DNA from: an uncultured Acetobacteraceae bacterium
Lineage (GTDB): Bacteria > Pseudomonadota > Alphaproteobacteria > Acetobacterales > Acetobacteraceae
Assembly: GCA_964236535.1 (NCBI GenBank)
Contig: CAXSEF010000001.1
Coordinates: forward strand, 69,818-133,817
Direction: 5' to 3'
DNA: 64,000 nt
Notes under the pieces: generated by a model
Told to the model about the DNA's origin: nothing
The model's database searches: none
What the model saw: the letters and a program-made list of their open reading frames with translations, nothing else
Translations under genes and position numbers: made by a program
In this document: positions 15,206 to 27,712 of the stretch, one piece after another
Layout of the letters: each line of letters begins with the position of its first letter
Position numbering within the stretch: position 1 is the stretch's first letter

Positions 15206-16143
15206 TGAGCGGCTCCGGCGTCGGCGGACCCCGCGACCCCGCCCGTCCCACCGAGGGCGGCCGCTCCGGCGGGGTCGGCAGCACCGCCACGGGCGGCAGC
15301 CCGCATCCGGGCGTTCCGGTCGGCGTCCCCGGCGGGGCGGTCATCGCCGATTCCGGCCTGCGCGGCCCGGCCCTCGGGGGCCTCGCCACCAACCCGCCGG
15401 GCCAGGCCGGCCCGCGCCCGGCGACGGGTGCGTTCTCCGCCGAGGTGATGGGCGGCGGCGCTCCCGGACCGCACCGCGACGAGCCCGACCACTTCGCCTT
15501 CGATGCCGAGAGCGAGGCGCATATCGGCCCGCTGCTCGCCAAGTACCCGCCGGGTCGCCAGGCCAGCGGCGTCATCCCGCTGCTGTACGAGGTGCAGAAC
15601 CAGCTGCGTCGCCAGACCGGCAGCGCCTGGGTGCCACGCGCGGCCATGGACACGGTGGCGCACCGCCTCGGCATGGCGCCGATCCGCGTCTATGAGGTCG
15701 CGACCTTCTACCTGATGTTCAACACCACGCCGGTCGGCCGCTACCACCTGCAGGTCTGCACCACCGCGCCGTGCTGGCTGCGCGGCTCGGACGACGTCAC
15801 CGACGCCTGCAAGCGCGTCGCCGGCATCGCGGGCTTCGGCGAGACCAGCGCCGACGGGCTGTTCACCATGACCTCGGTCGAGTGCCTCGGCGGCTGCGCC
15901 AACGCGCCCATCCTGCAGATCAACGACGACTACTACGAGGACGCCAGCGGCGCGCTTACCGAGGCGCTGCTGCTGTCGCTCAAGCGCGGCGACGCCCCGC
16001 CGCCCGCCGGCTCGCTGATCGGCCGCCAGGGCTCGGCGCCCGAAGGGGGGCCGCTCACCCTGCTCGAACTGACCGGCCCCGGCTACGAGGGACGCGGCCC
16101 CGCCGGCGACGGCGCCGGCACGCCGCACGGAAGGCAAGCCTGA
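15205..16143 (+). CDS. nuoE: NADH-quinone oxidoreductase subunit E with a ~95-aa Gly/Pro-rich N-terminal extension
   Basis: ATG 15205 overlaps the nuoD TGA. The extension has near-uniform G/C at codon position 3 in this frame. The core contains [14 protein letters not shown] and [11 protein letters not shown] (2Fe-2S ligands). Confidence 0.85.
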   Translation: MSGSGVGGPRDPARPTEGGRSGGVGSTATGGSPHPGVPVGVPGGAVIADSGLRGPALGGLATNPPGQAGPRPATGAFSAEVMGGGAPGPHRDEPDHFAFDAESEAHIGPLLAKYPPGRQASGVIPLLYEVQNQLRRQTGSAWVPRAAMDTVAHRLGMAPIRVYEVATFYLMFNTTPVGRYHLQVCTTAPCWLRGSDDVTDACKRVAGIAGFGETSADGLFTMTSVECLGGCANAPILQINDDYYEDASGALTEALLLSLKRGDAPPPAGSLIGRQGSAPEGGPLTLLELTGPGYEGRGPAGDGAGTPHGRQA

Positions 16144-17468
16144 TGCTGAACGACCGCGACCGCATCTTCACCAACCTGTACGGCCTGCACGACTGGCACC
16201 TGGCGTCGGCGCGGAAACGCGGCGACTGGGACGGCACCGCCGCCATCCTCGCGCGCGGCCGCGATGCCATCGTCGACGAGATGAAGGCGTCCGGCCTGCG
16301 GGGTCGCGGCGGCGCCGGGTTCCCCACCGGCATGAAGTGGTCGTTCATGCCGAAGCAGTCCGACGGCCGCCCGCACTACCTCGTGGTCAACGCCGACGAG
16401 AGCGAGCCCGGCACCTGCAAGGACCGCGAGATCATGCGGCACGACCCGCAGAAGCTGGTCGAGGGCTGCCTGATCGCCTCGTTCGCGATGGGTGCGCACG
16501 CCTGCTACATCTACATCCGCGGCGAGTACTACAACGAGCACCTCAACCTGCAGGTCGCCGTCGACGAGGCGTACGCCTCCGGGCTGATCGGGCCGAACGC
16601 CTGCGGGTCGGGCTGGGATTTCGAGCTGTATCTGCACCGCGGCGCCGGCGCGTATATCTGTGGCGAGGAGACCGCGCTGCTGGAGAGCCTGGAGGGCAAG
16701 AAGGGCATGCCCCGGCTCAAGCCGCCGTTTCCCGCCGCCGTCGGCCTGTATGGCTGCCCGACCACCGTCAACAACGTCGAGACCATCGCCACCGCGCCCA
16801 CCATCCTGCGTCGCGGCGCCGCCTGGTTCTCCGGCTTCGGGCGGCCGAAGAACACCGGCACCAAGATCTTCTCGATCTCCGGGCATGTGAACAGGCCGTG
16901 CAACGTCGAGGAGGAGATGAGCATCCCGTTGCGCGAGCTCATCGACCGCCACTGCGGCGGAGTGCGCGGCGGCTGGGACAACCTGCTGGGCATCATCCCC
17001 GGCGGCTCGTCCACTCCGATCCTTGCCGCGGACGCCTGCGACGACGTGCTGATGGACTTCGACAGCCTGCGCGACGCCAAGAGCGCGCTGGGTACCGCCG
17101 CCGTCATCGTGCTCGACAAGTCGACCGACGTCATCAAGGCCATCGCCAACCTCGCGCATTTCTACAAGCACGAGACCTGCGGGCAGTGCACCCCGTGCCG
17201 CGAGGGCCTGGGGTGGATGATGCGCATCCTCGACCGCATGGTGGAGGGGCGCGCCGAGGTCGAGGAGATCGACATGCTCGACCAGGTCAGCCGGCAGATC
17301 GAGGGCCACACCATCTGCGCGCTGGCCGACGGCGCCGCGTGGCCGGTGCAGGGGCTGATCCGCAACTTCCGCCCGGTGATCGAGGAGCGTATCGCGGCGC
17401 GCAAGGCGCGGCAGGGGGGCGTCCGGGTCGCGCCGACGCCGGCGAACCTGCCGATGGCGGCGGAGTAG
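16143..17468 (+). CDS. nuoF: NADH-quinone oxidoreductase subunit F
   Basis: Starts [14 protein letters not shown]. Contains [37 protein letters not shown] and [12 protein letters not shown]. Confidence 0.95.
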   Translation: MLNDRDRIFTNLYGLHDWHLASARKRGDWDGTAAILARGRDAIVDEMKASGLRGRGGAGFPTGMKWSFMPKQSDGRPHYLVVNADESEPGTCKDREIMRHDPQKLVEGCLIASFAMGAHACYIYIRGEYYNEHLNLQVAVDEAYASGLIGPNACGSGWDFELYLHRGAGAYICGEETALLESLEGKKGMPRLKPPFPAAVGLYGCPTTVNNVETIATAPTILRRGAAWFSGFGRPKNTGTKIFSISGHVNRPCNVEEEMSIPLRELIDRHCGGVRGGWDNLLGIIPGGSSTPILAADACDDVLMDFDSLRDAKSALGTAAVIVLDKSTDVIKAIANLAHFYKHETCGQCTPCREGLGWMMRILDRMVEGRAEVEEIDMLDQVSRQIEGHTICALADGAAWPVQGLIRNFRPVIEERIAARKARQGGVRVAPTPANLPMAAE

Positions 17469-17470
17469 GA

Positions 17471-17613
17471 AGCCAGGCCGGGCTCTGCCCGGACCCGCCA
17501 GGGCGCGCCGGCACACGTAGCGGCACCGCCCGAGGCGTCGTGCCGCAGGACTGAGATAGTGGTTTCCAAAGGCCTCGGGCCTTTGGTGGGTCCAGGGCAA
17601 AGCCCTGGCCTTT
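17471..17613 (+). repeat. Stacked-hairpin repeat between nuoF and nuoG
   Basis: Left part is agccaggCCGGGCtctGCCCGGacccgccaggg. Right part is tttCCAAAGGCctcgGGCCTTTGGtgggtCCAGGGCaaaGCCCTGGcc. It begins 2 nt after the nuoF TAG. Confidence 0.8.
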
Positions 17614-17632
17614 CTCCTGAGGGTCCAGACCA

Positions 17633-19747
17633 ATGACCAGGCTCACGATCGACGGCACCGAGGTCGAGGTTCCCGCCGGCAGCTCGGTGCTGCAGGCCTG
17701 CGAGGCCGTCGGCCGCGAGATCCCGCGGTTCTGCTACCATGAGCTGCTGTCGGTCGCCGGCAACTGTCGGATGTGCCTGGTCGAGGTGGAAAAGGCGCCC
17801 AAGCCGGTTGCGTCGTGTTCCTATCCGGTTGCCGAGAACATGGTTGTCCACACCGACAGCGAGATGGTGCGCCGGGCGCGGCGCGGGGTGATGGAGTTCC
17901 TGCTCATCAACCACCCGCTGGACTGCCCGATCTGCGACCAGGGCGGCGAGTGCGACCTGCAGGACCAGGCCTACGGCTACGGCATGGACCATTCCCGCTA
18001 CGCCGAGAACAAGCGCGTGGTGAAGGACAAGTACCTCGGCCCGATCGTGAAGACGATCATGACCCGCTGCATCCAGTGCACCCGCTGCGTGCGCTTCGCC
18101 ACCGAGGTGGCCGGCGTGCCGGAGCTGGGCGCCACGTCGCGCGGCGAGGGCATGGAGATCGGCACCTACGTGGAAAAGGCGCTGACCTCGGAGCTGTCCG
18201 GCAACCTCGTCGACATCTGCCCGGTGGGCGCGCTCACCTCCAAGCCGTACGCCTTCGTGGCCAGACCCTGGGAGCTGACCCACGCCGACGGCGTCGACGC
18301 GCTCGACGCGGTGGGCTCGTCGATCCGCATCGACGCCCGCGGGCCGGAGGTGCTGCGCATCCTGCCGCGCACCAACGACGCGGTGAACGAGGAATGGCTC
18401 GGCGACAAGTCGCGCCACTCGATCGACGGGCTCAAGCGCCGCCGCCTCGATCGTCCCTGGGTGCGCCGCGACGGCACGCTGAAGCCTGCCGGCTGGGGCG
18501 AGGCGTTCGCGGCGATCGCCGCCCGCCTGCACGGCCTTGCCGGCGAGCGCATCGGCGCCATCGCCGGCGACCTGTGCGACGCCGAGAGCATGCTGGCGCT
18601 GCGCGACCTCATGCACGCGCTCGGCTCGTCCAACCTCGATTGCCGGCAGGACGGCGCGGCGCTCGATGCGAGCCGGCGCGAGTTCTACACCTTCAACACC
18701 ACGATCGCCGGGATCGAGGAGGCCGACGCCATTCTCCTCGTCGGCACCAACCCGCGCCACGAGGCGCCGGTGCTCAACGCGCGCATCCGCAAGCGCTACC
18801 TTTCCGGCACCGGTGTCGCGATCGGCGCGATCGGCGCGCGCTGGGACCTGACCTACCCGGTCGCCTGGCTTGGCGACGGCCCGGGCGCGCTGGCGAACGT
18901 GCTCGACGCCTCGCAGCCTGACGGTGCCGGGGTATTCGCCAACGTGCTGCTCACCGCGAAGCGACCGATGATCATCGTGGGGCAGGCGGCCCTGGCGCGC
19001 CCCGACGGCGCGGCGATCCTTGCCGCCTGCTGGTCGCTCGCCGGTGCGATGGGGGCGCTGGAGCCGGACTGGCACGGCTTCAACGTGCTGCACACTGCGG
19101 CCGGCCGGGTGGGCGGGCTCGACCTCGGCTTCCTGCCGGGCAGCAGCACCGGCCTCGCCGCGGCAGGCGCCGCCGGCCGCGACCTCGCGGCGATGATGGG
19201 CGGCGGCGTCGACCTGCTGTGGCTGCTGGGTGCGGACGAGTTCGACACCGCGCGGATCGGGGCGGACACCTTCGTGGTCTACCAGGGCCACCACGGCGAC
19301 CGCGGTGCCGCCCGCGCCGACGTCATCCTGCCCGGCGCCGCCTACGTCGAGAAGCCCGGCACCTGGGTCAACACCGAGGGCCGGGTGCAGCGCGGCCTGC
19401 GCTCGGTGTTCCCGCCCGGTGACGCCCGCGAGGACTGGCGCATCCTGCGCGCATTCAGCGAGGTGGCGGGCCACGCCCTGCCGTACGACGACATCGACGC
19501 GCTGCGCACCCGGCTTGCGGCGGTCAATCCGGTATTCGCCCGCGAGGGCCTGCCGCGGTTCGGCGCGGCGGAGCGCACCGGCCCGCATGCCGTATTGCCG
19601 GTGGGCGCGCAGCCGATCGGCACGGCGCCGTTCGTCCCCGCGATCGCCGACTACTACCAGACCAACCCGATCAGCCGCGCGAGCCCGACCATGGCCGAGT
19701 GCACCGAGACCCTGACCCGCCCGGCCCTCCGGCAGGCCGCGGAGTAG
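17633..19747 (+). CDS. nuoG: NADH-quinone oxidoreductase subunit G
   Basis: 704 aa. Contains [39 protein letters not shown] and [10 protein letters not shown]. Confidence 0.95.
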   Translation: MTRLTIDGTEVEVPAGSSVLQACEAVGREIPRFCYHELLSVAGNCRMCLVEVEKAPKPVASCSYPVAENMVVHTDSEMVRRARRGVMEFLLINHPLDCPICDQGGECDLQDQAYGYGMDHSRYAENKRVVKDKYLGPIVKTIMTRCIQCTRCVRFATEVAGVPELGATSRGEGMEIGTYVEKALTSELSGNLVDICPVGALTSKPYAFVARPWELTHADGVDALDAVGSSIRIDARGPEVLRILPRTNDAVNEEWLGDKSRHSIDGLKRRRLDRPWVRRDGTLKPAGWGEAFAAIAARLHGLAGERIGAIAGDLCDAESMLALRDLMHALGSSNLDCRQDGAALDASRREFYTFNTTIAGIEEADAILLVGTNPRHEAPVLNARIRKRYLSGTGVAIGAIGARWDLTYPVAWLGDGPGALANVLDASQPDGAGVFANVLLTAKRPMIIVGQAALARPDGAAILAACWSLAGAMGALEPDWHGFNVLHTAAGRVGGLDLGFLPGSSTGLAAAGAAGRDLAAMMGGGVDLLWLLGADEFDTARIGADTFVVYQGHHGDRGAARADVILPGAAYVEKPGTWVNTEGRVQRGLRSVFPPGDAREDWRILRAFSEVAGHALPYDDIDALRTRLAAVNPVFAREGLPRFGAAERTGPHAVLPVGAQPIGTAPFVPAIADYYQTNPISRASPTMAECTETLTRPALRQAAE

Positions 19748-19754
19748 ACCCGGC

Positions 19755-20765
19755 GTGGCGAACTTCTTCTATCACACCCTGCCCGGCCAGTTCGCGCTGA
19801 CGCTGGCCGAGACAGTTGCCATCATGGTGCCGCTGATGGTCAGCGTCGCCTTCATGACCTACGCCGAGCGCAAGATCCTCGCCGGCATGCAGATGCGCAA
19901 GGGCCCGAACGTGGTCGGGCCGTTCGGGCTGTGGCAGCCGTTCGCCGACGCCATCAAGATGGTGATGAAGGAGACCGTCGTTCCCACCGGCGCCAACCGC
20001 GTGCTGTTCCTGCTCGCCCCGGTGCTGACCTTCGTCCTGGCGATGATCGCCTGGGCGGTGATCCCGCTGGGCGACGGCTGGGCGATCGCCAACATCAACG
20101 TGGGCGTGCTCTACCTGTTCGCGATCAGCTCGCTCGGCGTCTACGGCATCATCATCGCCGGCTGGGCCAGCAACTCCAAGTACGCCTTCCTCGGCGCGTT
20201 GCGCTCGGCGGCGCAGATGGTCAGCTACGAGGTGTCCATCGGCCTGGTGATCGTCTGCGTGCTGCTGTGTGTGGGCAGCCTCAACCTCAACGACATCGTC
20301 CGCGCGCAGTCCCGTGTGTGGTTCTGCATCCCGCTGCTGCCGATGTTCGTGGTGTTCTTCATCTCATCGCTGGCCGAGACCAACCGTGCGCCGTTCGACC
20401 TTGCCGAGGGCGAGAGCGAGATCGTCGCCGGCTTCATGGTCGAATACAGCGCCATGTCGTTCGGCCTGTTCTTCCTCGGCGAATACGCCAACATGTTCCT
20501 GATGAGCGCGATGACCTCGATCCTGTTCCTGGGCGGGTGGCAGGCGCCGCTGGGGCTCACCTTCGTGCCCGGGACGGTGTGGTTTTTGCTCAAGATCGCG
20601 TTCGTGATGTTCATGTTCGTCTGGGTGCGCGCCACGTTCCCGCGCTTCCGGTACGACCAGCTGATGCGGCTGGGCTGGAAGGTGTTCCTGCCGCTGTCGC
20701 TGTTCTGGCTCGTGCTGACCGCCAGCGTGCTGATGGCGATGGGGTGGCTGCCGGACGGGGCGTAG
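19755..20765 (+). CDS. nuoH: NADH-quinone oxidoreductase subunit H
   Basis: 336 aa polytopic membrane protein. Contains [41 protein letters not shown] and [17 protein letters not shown]. Confidence 0.93.
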   Translation: MANFFYHTLPGQFALTLAETVAIMVPLMVSVAFMTYAERKILAGMQMRKGPNVVGPFGLWQPFADAIKMVMKETVVPTGANRVLFLLAPVLTFVLAMIAWAVIPLGDGWAIANINVGVLYLFAISSLGVYGIIIAGWASNSKYAFLGALRSAAQMVSYEVSIGLVIVCVLLCVGSLNLNDIVRAQSRVWFCIPLLPMFVVFFISSLAETNRAPFDLAEGESEIVAGFMVEYSAMSFGLFFLGEYANMFLMSAMTSILFLGGWQAPLGLTFVPGTVWFLLKIAFVMFMFVWVRATFPRFRYDQLMRLGWKVFLPLSLFWLVLTASVLMAMGWLPDGA

Positions 20766-20965
20766 CAGGCAGGAAGGCCAGAGGCTCTGCCTCTGGACTC
20801 CGCTCAAGGCCAAGCCTTGAGAATCCTCATGAAAGAAGCTCGAAGCGCCAAGTTCCCGGGCGAGGCCTGAGAACAATGTCTATCTGGGTAAATGGTTTCC
20901 AAAGGCCTCCGGCCTTTGGCGGGTCTGGGCAGAGCCCACCCTTGCTTGCCTGCGGCTTGCTTGCC
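20766..20965 (-). repeat. Stacked-hairpin repeat (inverted orientation, with ~60-nt internal insert) between nuoH and nuoI
   Basis: It starts immediately after the nuoH TAG: caggcaggaaggCCAGAGGCtctGCCTCTGGactccgc. It ends tttCCAAAGGCctccGGCCTTTGGcgggtCTGGGCagaGCCCAcccttgcttgcctgc. Confidence 0.8.
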
Positions 20966-21013
20966 GGACGGTGCGGCGCGGTATATCCCGCCCGCAGGAC
21001 GTAGGGGTTGACG

Positions 21014-21502
21014 ATGGCGTTCCTGGATCGCACCGCGCGAAGCCTGCTGCTGGGCGAGCTGCTCGCCGGCATGGGGTTGACCTTCAGCTACCTGTTCAAG
21101 CCGAAGGTGACGATCAACTACCCGTTCGAGAAGAATCCGCTGAGCCCGCGCTTCAAGGGCGAGCACGCATTACGCCGCTACCCGAACGGCGAGGAGCGCT
21201 GCATCGCCTGCAAGCTGTGCGAGGCGGTGTGTCCGGCGCTGGCGATCACCATCGAGGCGGAGCCGCGCGAGGATGGCAGCAGGCGGACGACGCGCTACGA
21301 CATCGACATGACCAAGTGCATCTACTGCGGGCTGTGCGAGGAGTCGTGCCCGGTCGACGCGATCGTCGAGGGGCCGAACCTCGAATTCGCCACCGAGACC
21401 CGCGAGGAGCTGCTCTACGACAAGACCAAGCTGCTCGCCAACGGCGACCGCTGGGAGGTCGAGCTGGCCAAGCGGCTCGAGCTCGACGCCCCGTATCGCT
21501 GA
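21014..21502 (+). CDS. nuoI: NADH-quinone oxidoreductase subunit I
   Basis: ATG 21014 is preferred over the TTG at 21008 used in the ORF track. Two 4Fe-4S motifs are present: [12 protein letters not shown] and [12 protein letters not shown]. Confidence 0.92.
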   Translation: MAFLDRTARSLLLGELLAGMGLTFSYLFKPKVTINYPFEKNPLSPRFKGEHALRRYPNGEERCIACKLCEAVCPALAITIEAEPREDGSRRTTRYDIDMTKCIYCGLCEESCPVDAIVEGPNLEFATETREELLYDKTKLLANGDRWEVELAKRLELDAPYR

Positions 21503-21532
21503 GATGACCCGCACGCCCGAGGACCCGCGCCG

Positions 21533-22276
21533 TTGATCGCCACGCTGTTCTGGTATGTTTTCGCGACGATCCTGGTACTGTCGGCTGCGGCGGTCGTCAC
21601 CTCGCGCAATCCCGTCCACTCGGTGCTGTTCCTGATCCTCGCGTTCTTCAACGCGGCCGGGCTCTTCCTACTTGCCGGCGCCGAGTTCCTCGCCTTCATC
21701 CTGGTGATCGTCTACGTCGGCGCGGTGGCGGTGCTGTTCCTGTTCGTCGTGATGATGCTCGACGTGAACTTCACCGAGTTGCGCGAGGGCTTCCAGCGCT
21801 ACACACCGGTCGGCGCCGCCGTCGGCGTCATCCTGCTGGTCGAGCTGGGGATATTCCTGCTCGGCTGGCAGATCTCGCCCAGCAACGCCGCACTCCGCCT
21901 GTCGGCGATGCCGGCGGGCGTGTCGAATACCGCGGCGATCGGCCGGGTGCTGTATACCGACTATGCGTTCCTGTTCCAGGTGAGCGGGCTGATCCTGCTG
22001 GTCGCGATGATCGGCGCCATCGTGCTTACCCTGCGCGAGCGCAACACGTCGCGCCACCAGGACATCGCCCGCCAGCAGGCCCGCGACCCCGCCACCACGC
22101 TGTCGATGGTCCGCGCGCCGATCGGCGAGGGCGTGGGCACGATCCTGCGCCCGCTGCCTGAACCCGAACGGCAGCGCCACCCGGCGATCCTCGCACCCCA
22201 CGGCGACGCCCATGGCGACCACCCTACCCCGGAGGCCGTCGTCGCCGACCACGAGCGGCATGGAGGCCACACCTGA
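21533..22276 (+). CDS. nuoJ: NADH-quinone oxidoreductase subunit J (TTG start; C-terminal extension)
   Basis: Contains [51 protein letters not shown]. The tail after about residue 200 is hydrophilic and His/Pro-rich. Confidence 0.85.
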   Translation: MIATLFWYVFATILVLSAAAVVTSRNPVHSVLFLILAFFNAAGLFLLAGAEFLAFILVIVYVGAVAVLFLFVVMMLDVNFTELREGFQRYTPVGAAVGVILLVELGIFLLGWQISPSNAALRLSAMPAGVSNTAAIGRVLYTDYAFLFQVSGLILLVAMIGAIVLTLRERNTSRHQDIARQQARDPATTLSMVRAPIGEGVGTILRPLPEPERQRHPAILAPHGDAHGDHPTPEAVVADHERHGGHT

Positions 22277-22599
22277 TGCCTGGTGCCGTGATGACAGTGA
22301 CGCTGGGCCACTATCTCGCGGTCGGCGCGATCCTGCTGGTGCTGGGCATATTCGGCATCTTCCTCAACCGGAAGAACGTCATCGTCATCCTGATGTCGAT
22401 CGAGCTGATCCTGCTCGCGGTCAACATCAACCTGGTGGCGTTCTCCGCGGCGCTCGGCGACCTCGCCGGCCAGGTGTTCGCGATGTTCGTGCTCACCGTC
22501 GCCGCCGCCGAGGCCGCGATCGGCCTGGCCATCGTCGTGACCTACTTCCGCAACCGCGGCTCGATCCAGGTCGAGGACGTGAACCTGATGAAGGGCTGA
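22276..22599 (+). CDS. nuoK: NADH-quinone oxidoreductase subunit K (alternative start at ATG 22291)
   Basis: Contains [24 protein letters not shown] and [16 protein letters not shown] 22276 overlaps the nuoJ TGA. Confidence 0.9.
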   Translation: MPGAVMTVTLGHYLAVGAILLVLGIFGIFLNRKNVIVILMSIELILLAVNINLVAFSAALGDLAGQVFAMFVLTVAAAEAAIGLAIVVTYFRNRGSIQVEDVNLMKG

Positions 22600-22601
22600 G
22601 G

Positions 22602-24530
22602 ATGCTCTACGCGACCGCCGTGTTCGCCCCGCTGCTCGGCTCGCTGATCGCAGGGCTGCTCGGCCGCGCCATCGGCGACAGGGCGGCCCAGGCGGTCACT
22701 ATCCTGCTGATGGGCGTGGCCGCGGCGTGCGGCACGTTGAACTGGGTCGGCTACGTCTGGGACGGCGGCGTTCCCGGCGCGCTGTCCATCGCCACCTGGA
22801 TGGATGTCGGAACCTTCCAGGTCGGCTGGGACCTGCACCAGGACACCATGTCGATCTCCATGGTTGCCATGGTGACCGTCGTCGCCACGCTGGTGCACGT
22901 CTACAGCGTCGGCTACATGGGCCACGAGCAGCAGCCGACCTACCGGTTCTTCTCCTACCTCAGCCTGTTCAGCTTCGCGATGCTGGCGCTGGTCAGCGCG
23001 GACAACCTGCTGCAGCTGTTCTTCGGCTGGGAGGGCGTGGGCCTCGCGAGCTACCTGCTGATCGGCTACTGGTACGACCGGCCGTCGGCCAATGCGGCTG
23101 CGATCAAGGCGATGGTGGTCAACCGCGTCGGCGACCTGTCGTTCGCAGTCGGCATCGCGCTGGTGTTCCTGCTGTTCGGCGCCATCGACTTCCCCACCAT
23201 CTTCGCCCACGTGGCGGACCACATGGACGCCACCTACCGGGTGTTCGGCACCTCCTTCCGCGCCTACGAGGTGATCGGCGTGCTGCTGTTCATCGGCGCG
23301 ATGGGCAAGTCGGCGCAGATCTTCCTGCACACCTGGCTGCCCGACGCGATGGAGGGCCCGACGCCGGTGTCCGCGCTGATCCATGCCGCCACCATGGTCA
23401 CCGCCGGGGTGTTCCTGGTCAGCCGCATGTCGCCGATCCTGGAGTTCGCGCCCGGCGCGCTGGAGATGGTCACCTTCGTCGGCGGCACGACCTGCTTCTT
23501 CGCGGCGACCGTCGCCGTGGTGCAGCCCGACATCAAGCGCGTGATCGCCTACAGCACCTGCTCGCAACTCGGCTACATGTTCATGGCCGCCGGCGTCGGC
23601 GCGTTCCAGGCCTCGATGTTCCATCTGTTCACTCATGCCTTCTTCAAGGCGCTGCTGTTCCTCTGCGCCGGCTCGGTGATCCACGCGATGCACGACGAGC
23701 AGGACATGTTCCGCATGGGCGGGCTGTGGCGGAAGATCCCGATCACCTACGTCTGCATGTGGGCCGGCAGCCTGGCGCTCGGCGGCATCTACCCGTTCGC
23801 CGGCTACTGGTCCAAGGACGCCATCCTGGAGAGCGCCTGGGCTGCCGACACCGGCGTCGGCCTGTACGCCTTCACGCTCGGCACCATCGCCGCCTTTCTC
23901 ACCGCGTTCTATTCCTGGCGCCTGCTCATCCTCACCTTCCACGGCGAGCCGTACGACCCCGAGAAGCGTGCGCGTGCCCATGAGAGCCCGGTCTGGATGT
24001 GGGGCCCGCTGGTGCTGCTCGCGGTCGGCGCGGTGTTCGCCGGGCTGCTGTTGAAGTCGTTGTTCATCGGCGAGGACCAGGGCTGGTTCTGGCGCGGCGC
24101 GATCTTCTCCGGCCCGAACAACCATGTCCTGCTGTCGGCCGAGCACGTCCCCACGCTGATCGCCCTGTTGCCCACCGTCATGGGGCTCGGCGGGATTGCG
24201 CTGGCCTACGCGATGTACATGGTCCGCCCCGCGCTGCCGACGCAGCTCGCCACGCGGTTGCGCCCGCTCTACCTGTTCCTGCTCAACAAGTGGTATTTCG
24301 ACGAGCTGTACGACCGCAGCTTCGTCCGCCCGGCGAAGTGGCTGGCCCGCGAGCTGTGGCACGTCGGCGACGAGCGGATCATCGACGGCTTCCCCAACGG
24401 CCTGGCTCTGCTCACCACCAACGGCTCGCGCCAGGTCGTGCGCATCCAGACCGGGTCGATCGCGGTGTACGCCTTCACCATGCTGATCGGCCTCGTGGGC
24501 CTGGTCAGCATCTTCCTCCTGACGCGCTAG
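22602..24530 (+). CDS. nuoL: NADH-quinone oxidoreductase subunit L
   Basis: Starts at ATG 22602 (MLYATAVFAPLLGSLIAG). Contains FFGWEGVGLASYLLIGYW, GKSAQIFLHTWLPDAMEGPTPVSALIHAATMV. Confidence 0.93.
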   Translation: MLYATAVFAPLLGSLIAGLLGRAIGDRAAQAVTILLMGVAAACGTLNWVGYVWDGGVPGALSIATWMDVGTFQVGWDLHQDTMSISMVAMVTVVATLVHVYSVGYMGHEQQPTYRFFSYLSLFSFAMLALVSADNLLQLFFGWEGVGLASYLLIGYWYDRPSANAAAIKAMVVNRVGDLSFAVGIALVFLLFGAIDFPTIFAHVADHMDATYRVFGTSFRAYEVIGVLLFIGAMGKSAQIFLHTWLPDAMEGPTPVSALIHAATMVTAGVFLVSRMSPILEFAPGALEMVTFVGGTTCFFAATVAVVQPDIKRVIAYSTCSQLGYMFMAAGVGAFQASMFHLFTHAFFKALLFLCAGSVIHAMHDEQDMFRMGGLWRKIPITYVCMWAGSLALGGIYPFAGYWSKDAILESAWAADTGVGLYAFTLGTIAAFLTAFYSWRLLILTFHGEPYDPEKRARAHESPVWMWGPLVLLAVGAVFAGLLLKSLFIGEDQGWFWRGAIFSGPNNHVLLSAEHVPTLIALLPTVMGLGGIALAYAMYMVRPALPTQLATRLRPLYLFLLNKWYFDELYDRSFVRPAKWLARELWHVGDERIIDGFPNGLALLTTNGSRQVVRIQTGSIAVYAFTMLIGLVGLVSIFLLTR

Positions 24531-24542
24531 GCCGCCGTCCTC

Positions 24543-26141
24543 ATGAACGCCGCCAACGCCGCGGGCTTCCCGATCCTCTCCCTCATCACCTTCCTGCCGC
24601 TGCTCGGCTGCGGGTTCATCATGTCGGTGCGCGGCGCCCCGGAAGTCGTCGCCAGCAATGCCCGCTGGGCCGCGCTGTGGACCAGCCTCGTGGTGTTCGT
24701 GATCTCGCTGGTGCTGTGGGTCCGCTTCGATCCGTCGCAGCCCGGCTACCAGTTCGTCGAGCACGCCACCTGGCTGCCGGAGTTCCGCGTCGGCTACGGC
24801 ATGGGCGTCGACGGCATCAGCGTGCTGCTTGTCCTGCTCTCGACCGCGCTCACGCCGATCTGCATTCTTGCCAGCTGGGAGTCCGTGCACTTCCGGGTCC
24901 GCGAGTACATGATCGCGTTCCTGGTGCTAGAGACCATGATGGTCGGCATGTTCTCGGCGACGGACTTCATCGTGTTCTACATGTTCTTCGAGGGCGTGCT
25001 GATCCCGATGTATCTCATCATCGGGGTCTGGGGCGGCACGCGGCGGGTCTATGCCTCGTTCAAGTTCTTCCTCTACACCTTCGCGGGGTCGGTGCTGATG
25101 CTGCTCGCCCTGCTGGCGATGTGGTTCACCGTCGGCACCACCGACATCCCGACGCTGCTCGCATACAGCTTCTCGCCGCGGATGCAGACCTGGCTGTTCC
25201 TCGCCTTTCTTGCCTCCTTCGCGGTCAAGGTGCCGATGTGGCCGGTGCATACCTGGCTGCCCGATGCCCACGTCGAGGCGCCGACCGCCGGTTCGGTCAT
25301 CCTTGCCGGCGTGCTGCTCAAGATCGGCGCATACGGGTTCCTGCGCTTCTCCGTGCCGATGCTGCCGCATGCCGCGCAGCAGTTCGCGCCGCTGATGTTC
25401 GCGCTCGGCGTGATCGCGGTGATCTACACCTCGCTCGTCGCCTTTGCGCAGACCGACATGAAGAAGCTGATCGCCTACTCCTCGATTGCGCACATGGGGG
25501 TTGTCGTCATCGGCATCTTCACCTTCGACGTGCAGGGCATCGAGGGGGCGCTGTTCCTCATGCTCAGCCACGGCATCGTCTCGGCGGCGATGTTCCTCTG
25601 CGTCGGCGTCGTCTACGACCGGCTGCACACCCGCGAGATCGCCCGCTACGGCGGGCTTGCCGTCACCATGCCGCTGTATGCCGCGGTGTTCATGGTGTTC
25701 ACCATGGGCAACATCGGCCTGCCCGGCACCTCCGGCTTCGTCGGCGAGTTCCTCGTGCTGGTCGGCGCCTTCCGGGTCAGTCTCTGGCTGGCTCTGCTCG
25801 GCAGCTTCGGCATGGTGCTCGGCGCGGTCTACGGCCTGTATCTGTATCGGCGCGTCATCTTCGGCCGCCTGACCCGCGACGACCTGCGCGGACTGCTCGA
25901 CCTGTCGCCGCGAGAGATCGGCATCTTCGCCCCGCTCGTGGTGCTCACCCTGTGGATGGGTGTCTATCCCAGCAGCTTCACGCAGTTCTTCGGCGCCAGC
26001 GTCGACTCGATGGTCGGGCACCACGAGGCGGCACTCGGGTTGCCGGGCACCGACCACCTCGCCCAGGCTGTCCCCGATATGGCGGCTGTCCCCGAACTGA
26101 CGGCGATGCCTGCCACCCCGACGGCGGAGCCGGCCCGATGA
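24543..26141 (+). CDS. nuoM: NADH-quinone oxidoreductase subunit M
   Basis: 532 aa. Contains [34 protein letters not shown] and [13 protein letters not shown]. Confidence 0.93.
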   Translation: MNAANAAGFPILSLITFLPLLGCGFIMSVRGAPEVVASNARWAALWTSLVVFVISLVLWVRFDPSQPGYQFVEHATWLPEFRVGYGMGVDGISVLLVLLSTALTPICILASWESVHFRVREYMIAFLVLETMMVGMFSATDFIVFYMFFEGVLIPMYLIIGVWGGTRRVYASFKFFLYTFAGSVLMLLALLAMWFTVGTTDIPTLLAYSFSPRMQTWLFLAFLASFAVKVPMWPVHTWLPDAHVEAPTAGSVILAGVLLKIGAYGFLRFSVPMLPHAAQQFAPLMFALGVIAVIYTSLVAFAQTDMKKLIAYSSIAHMGVVVIGIFTFDVQGIEGALFLMLSHGIVSAAMFLCVGVVYDRLHTREIARYGGLAVTMPLYAAVFMVFTMGNIGLPGTSGFVGEFLVLVGAFRVSLWLALLGSFGMVLGAVYGLYLYRRVIFGRLTRDDLRGLLDLSPREIGIFAPLVVLTLWMGVYPSSFTQFFGASVDSMVGHHEAALGLPGTDHLAQAVPDMAAVPELTAMPATPTAEPAR

Positions 26142-27700
26142 ACCCAGCCAGCACAGCCGCGGTCCCTGCCACGCTGTCGCCGCTTGCCGGCGGCCACGCC
26201 GCCGCCTCGGTGAATCCGGGCCTGATCGCCGGCCAGCCGCTTGCCGGCGCCGGACCCTCGGTCGGCGGCCTCTCGCACTGGGCGCTCGCGCTGCCTGAGA
26301 TCGTGCTCGCCGTCCTCGGCCTGCTGATCCTGATCTACGGCGTCACCCGCCCGAAGGAGTCGGCCACCGCCTGCACCGTGCTCGTGCTCGCCGCCCTGCT
26401 GGTCACCGCGGGCCTGGTGATCGAGTCGCCTGACGGCATCGCCTATGGCGGCCTGGTCGTCTCCGACGCCTTCAGCCGCTTCGCCCAGGTGCTGATCCTC
26501 GCCGGCGCCGCGCTCACCACCACTCTTGCGCTCGACTACAACGAGCGGCAGGACATCGCCCGCTTCGAGTTCCCGCTGCTGGTGCTGTTCTCCACCATCG
26601 GCATGCTGATCATGGCGCAGGCGGCCAGCCTGATGACCCTGTACATGGGGCTCGAACTGCAGTCGCTCGCGATCTACGTGCTCTGTTCGTTCGCCCGCGA
26701 CGACGTGCGTTCCTCGGAAGCCGGCCTCAAGTATTTCGTGCTCAGCGCGCTCGCCTCCGGCCTGCTGCTGTATGGCATCTCGCTATGCTACGGGTTCTCC
26801 GGCACCATGCAGTTCGGCCTGATCGCCCAGGCGCTGGCCGAGCCCACCGGCGGCGCTACCAATGTCGGCCTGGTCATCGGCATCGTGTTCATCGTCGCAG
26901 GGCTCGCCTTCAAGCTCTCGGCGGTGCCGTTCCACATGTGGACGCCCGACGTCTACGAGGGCGCGCCCACCCCTGTCACCGCATTCATGAGCACTGCTCC
27001 CAAGGTCGCCCCATTCGCGGTGCTGCTGCGCGCGATGATCGTCCCGTTCGGCCACGTCCTGCACGACTGGCAGCAGCTCATCATCCTGGTCTCGATCTGC
27101 TCGATGCTGCTGGGCAGCCTTGCCGCGATCGGCCAGACCAGCATCAAGCGGCTGATGGCGTACTCCTCGATCGGCCACATGGGCTACGCGCTGATCGGGC
27201 TGGCCGCCGGCACCGAGGCCGGCATCCGCGGCACGCTGATCTACCTCGTCACCTACGTGTTCATGAACGCAGGCACCTTCGCCTGCATCATCGCCATGCG
27301 CCGACGCGGCCGCGCGCTGGAACGCATCGCCGACCTCGGCGGGCTCGCCAAGACCGACCCGATGCTGGCGCTGACGATGGCCGTGCTGATGTTCAGCATG
27401 GCCGGCGTGCCGCCGATGTCCGGCTTCTTCGGCAAGCTGTTCGTGTTCCGCGCCGCGGTGCAGTCCGGTCTGTGGACGCTCGCCGTCATCGGCGTGCTCA
27501 CCAGCGTCATCGGGCTGTACTACTACCTGCGTGTCGTGAAGGTGATGTACTTCGACGAGGCCGAGGATGCCTTCGACACCCGCGCCGCCTCGCTCTCCTT
27601 CGTTGCCACCGCCGGCGGGCTGTTCACCTTCCTGTTCTTCCTGGTGCCTGCCCCGGTGGTCCAGGCCGCAGAAACCGCGGCGCAGGCGCTGTTCAATTGA
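26138..27700 (+). CDS. nuoN: NADH-quinone oxidoreductase subunit N (about 40-aa N-terminal extension)
   Basis: ATG 26138 overlaps the nuoM stop (ATGA). Contains [27 protein letters not shown] and [14 protein letters not shown]. Confidence 0.9.
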   Translation: MNPASTAAVPATLSPLAGGHAAASVNPGLIAGQPLAGAGPSVGGLSHWALALPEIVLAVLGLLILIYGVTRPKESATACTVLVLAALLVTAGLVIESPDGIAYGGLVVSDAFSRFAQVLILAGAALTTTLALDYNERQDIARFEFPLLVLFSTIGMLIMAQAASLMTLYMGLELQSLAIYVLCSFARDDVRSSEAGLKYFVLSALASGLLLYGISLCYGFSGTMQFGLIAQALAEPTGGATNVGLVIGIVFIVAGLAFKLSAVPFHMWTPDVYEGAPTPVTAFMSTAPKVAPFAVLLRAMIVPFGHVLHDWQQLIILVSICSMLLGSLAAIGQTSIKRLMAYSSIGHMGYALIGLAAGTEAGIRGTLIYLVTYVFMNAGTFACIIAMRRRGRALERIADLGGLAKTDPMLALTMAVLMFSMAGVPPMSGFFGKLFVFRAAVQSGLWTLAVIGVLTSVIGLYYYLRVVKVMYFDEAEDAFDTRAASLSFVATAGGLFTFLFFLVPAPVVQAAETAAQALFN

Positions 27701-27712
27701 GCGCGGGGGGCG

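Noticed and set aside
17162-19588. 808-aa minus-strand ORF opposite nuoF and nuoG.
   Set aside because: It is an antisense artefact. The plus strand encodes NuoG with all Fe-S motifs.
23999-27700. 1233-aa plus ORF apparently fusing nuoL, nuoM and nuoN.
   Set aside because: Only the last 520 codons (from ATG 26138) are NuoN. The upstream part is the nuoN frame running stop-free through nuoL and nuoM, which are encoded in other frames. It is not a fusion or a frameshift.
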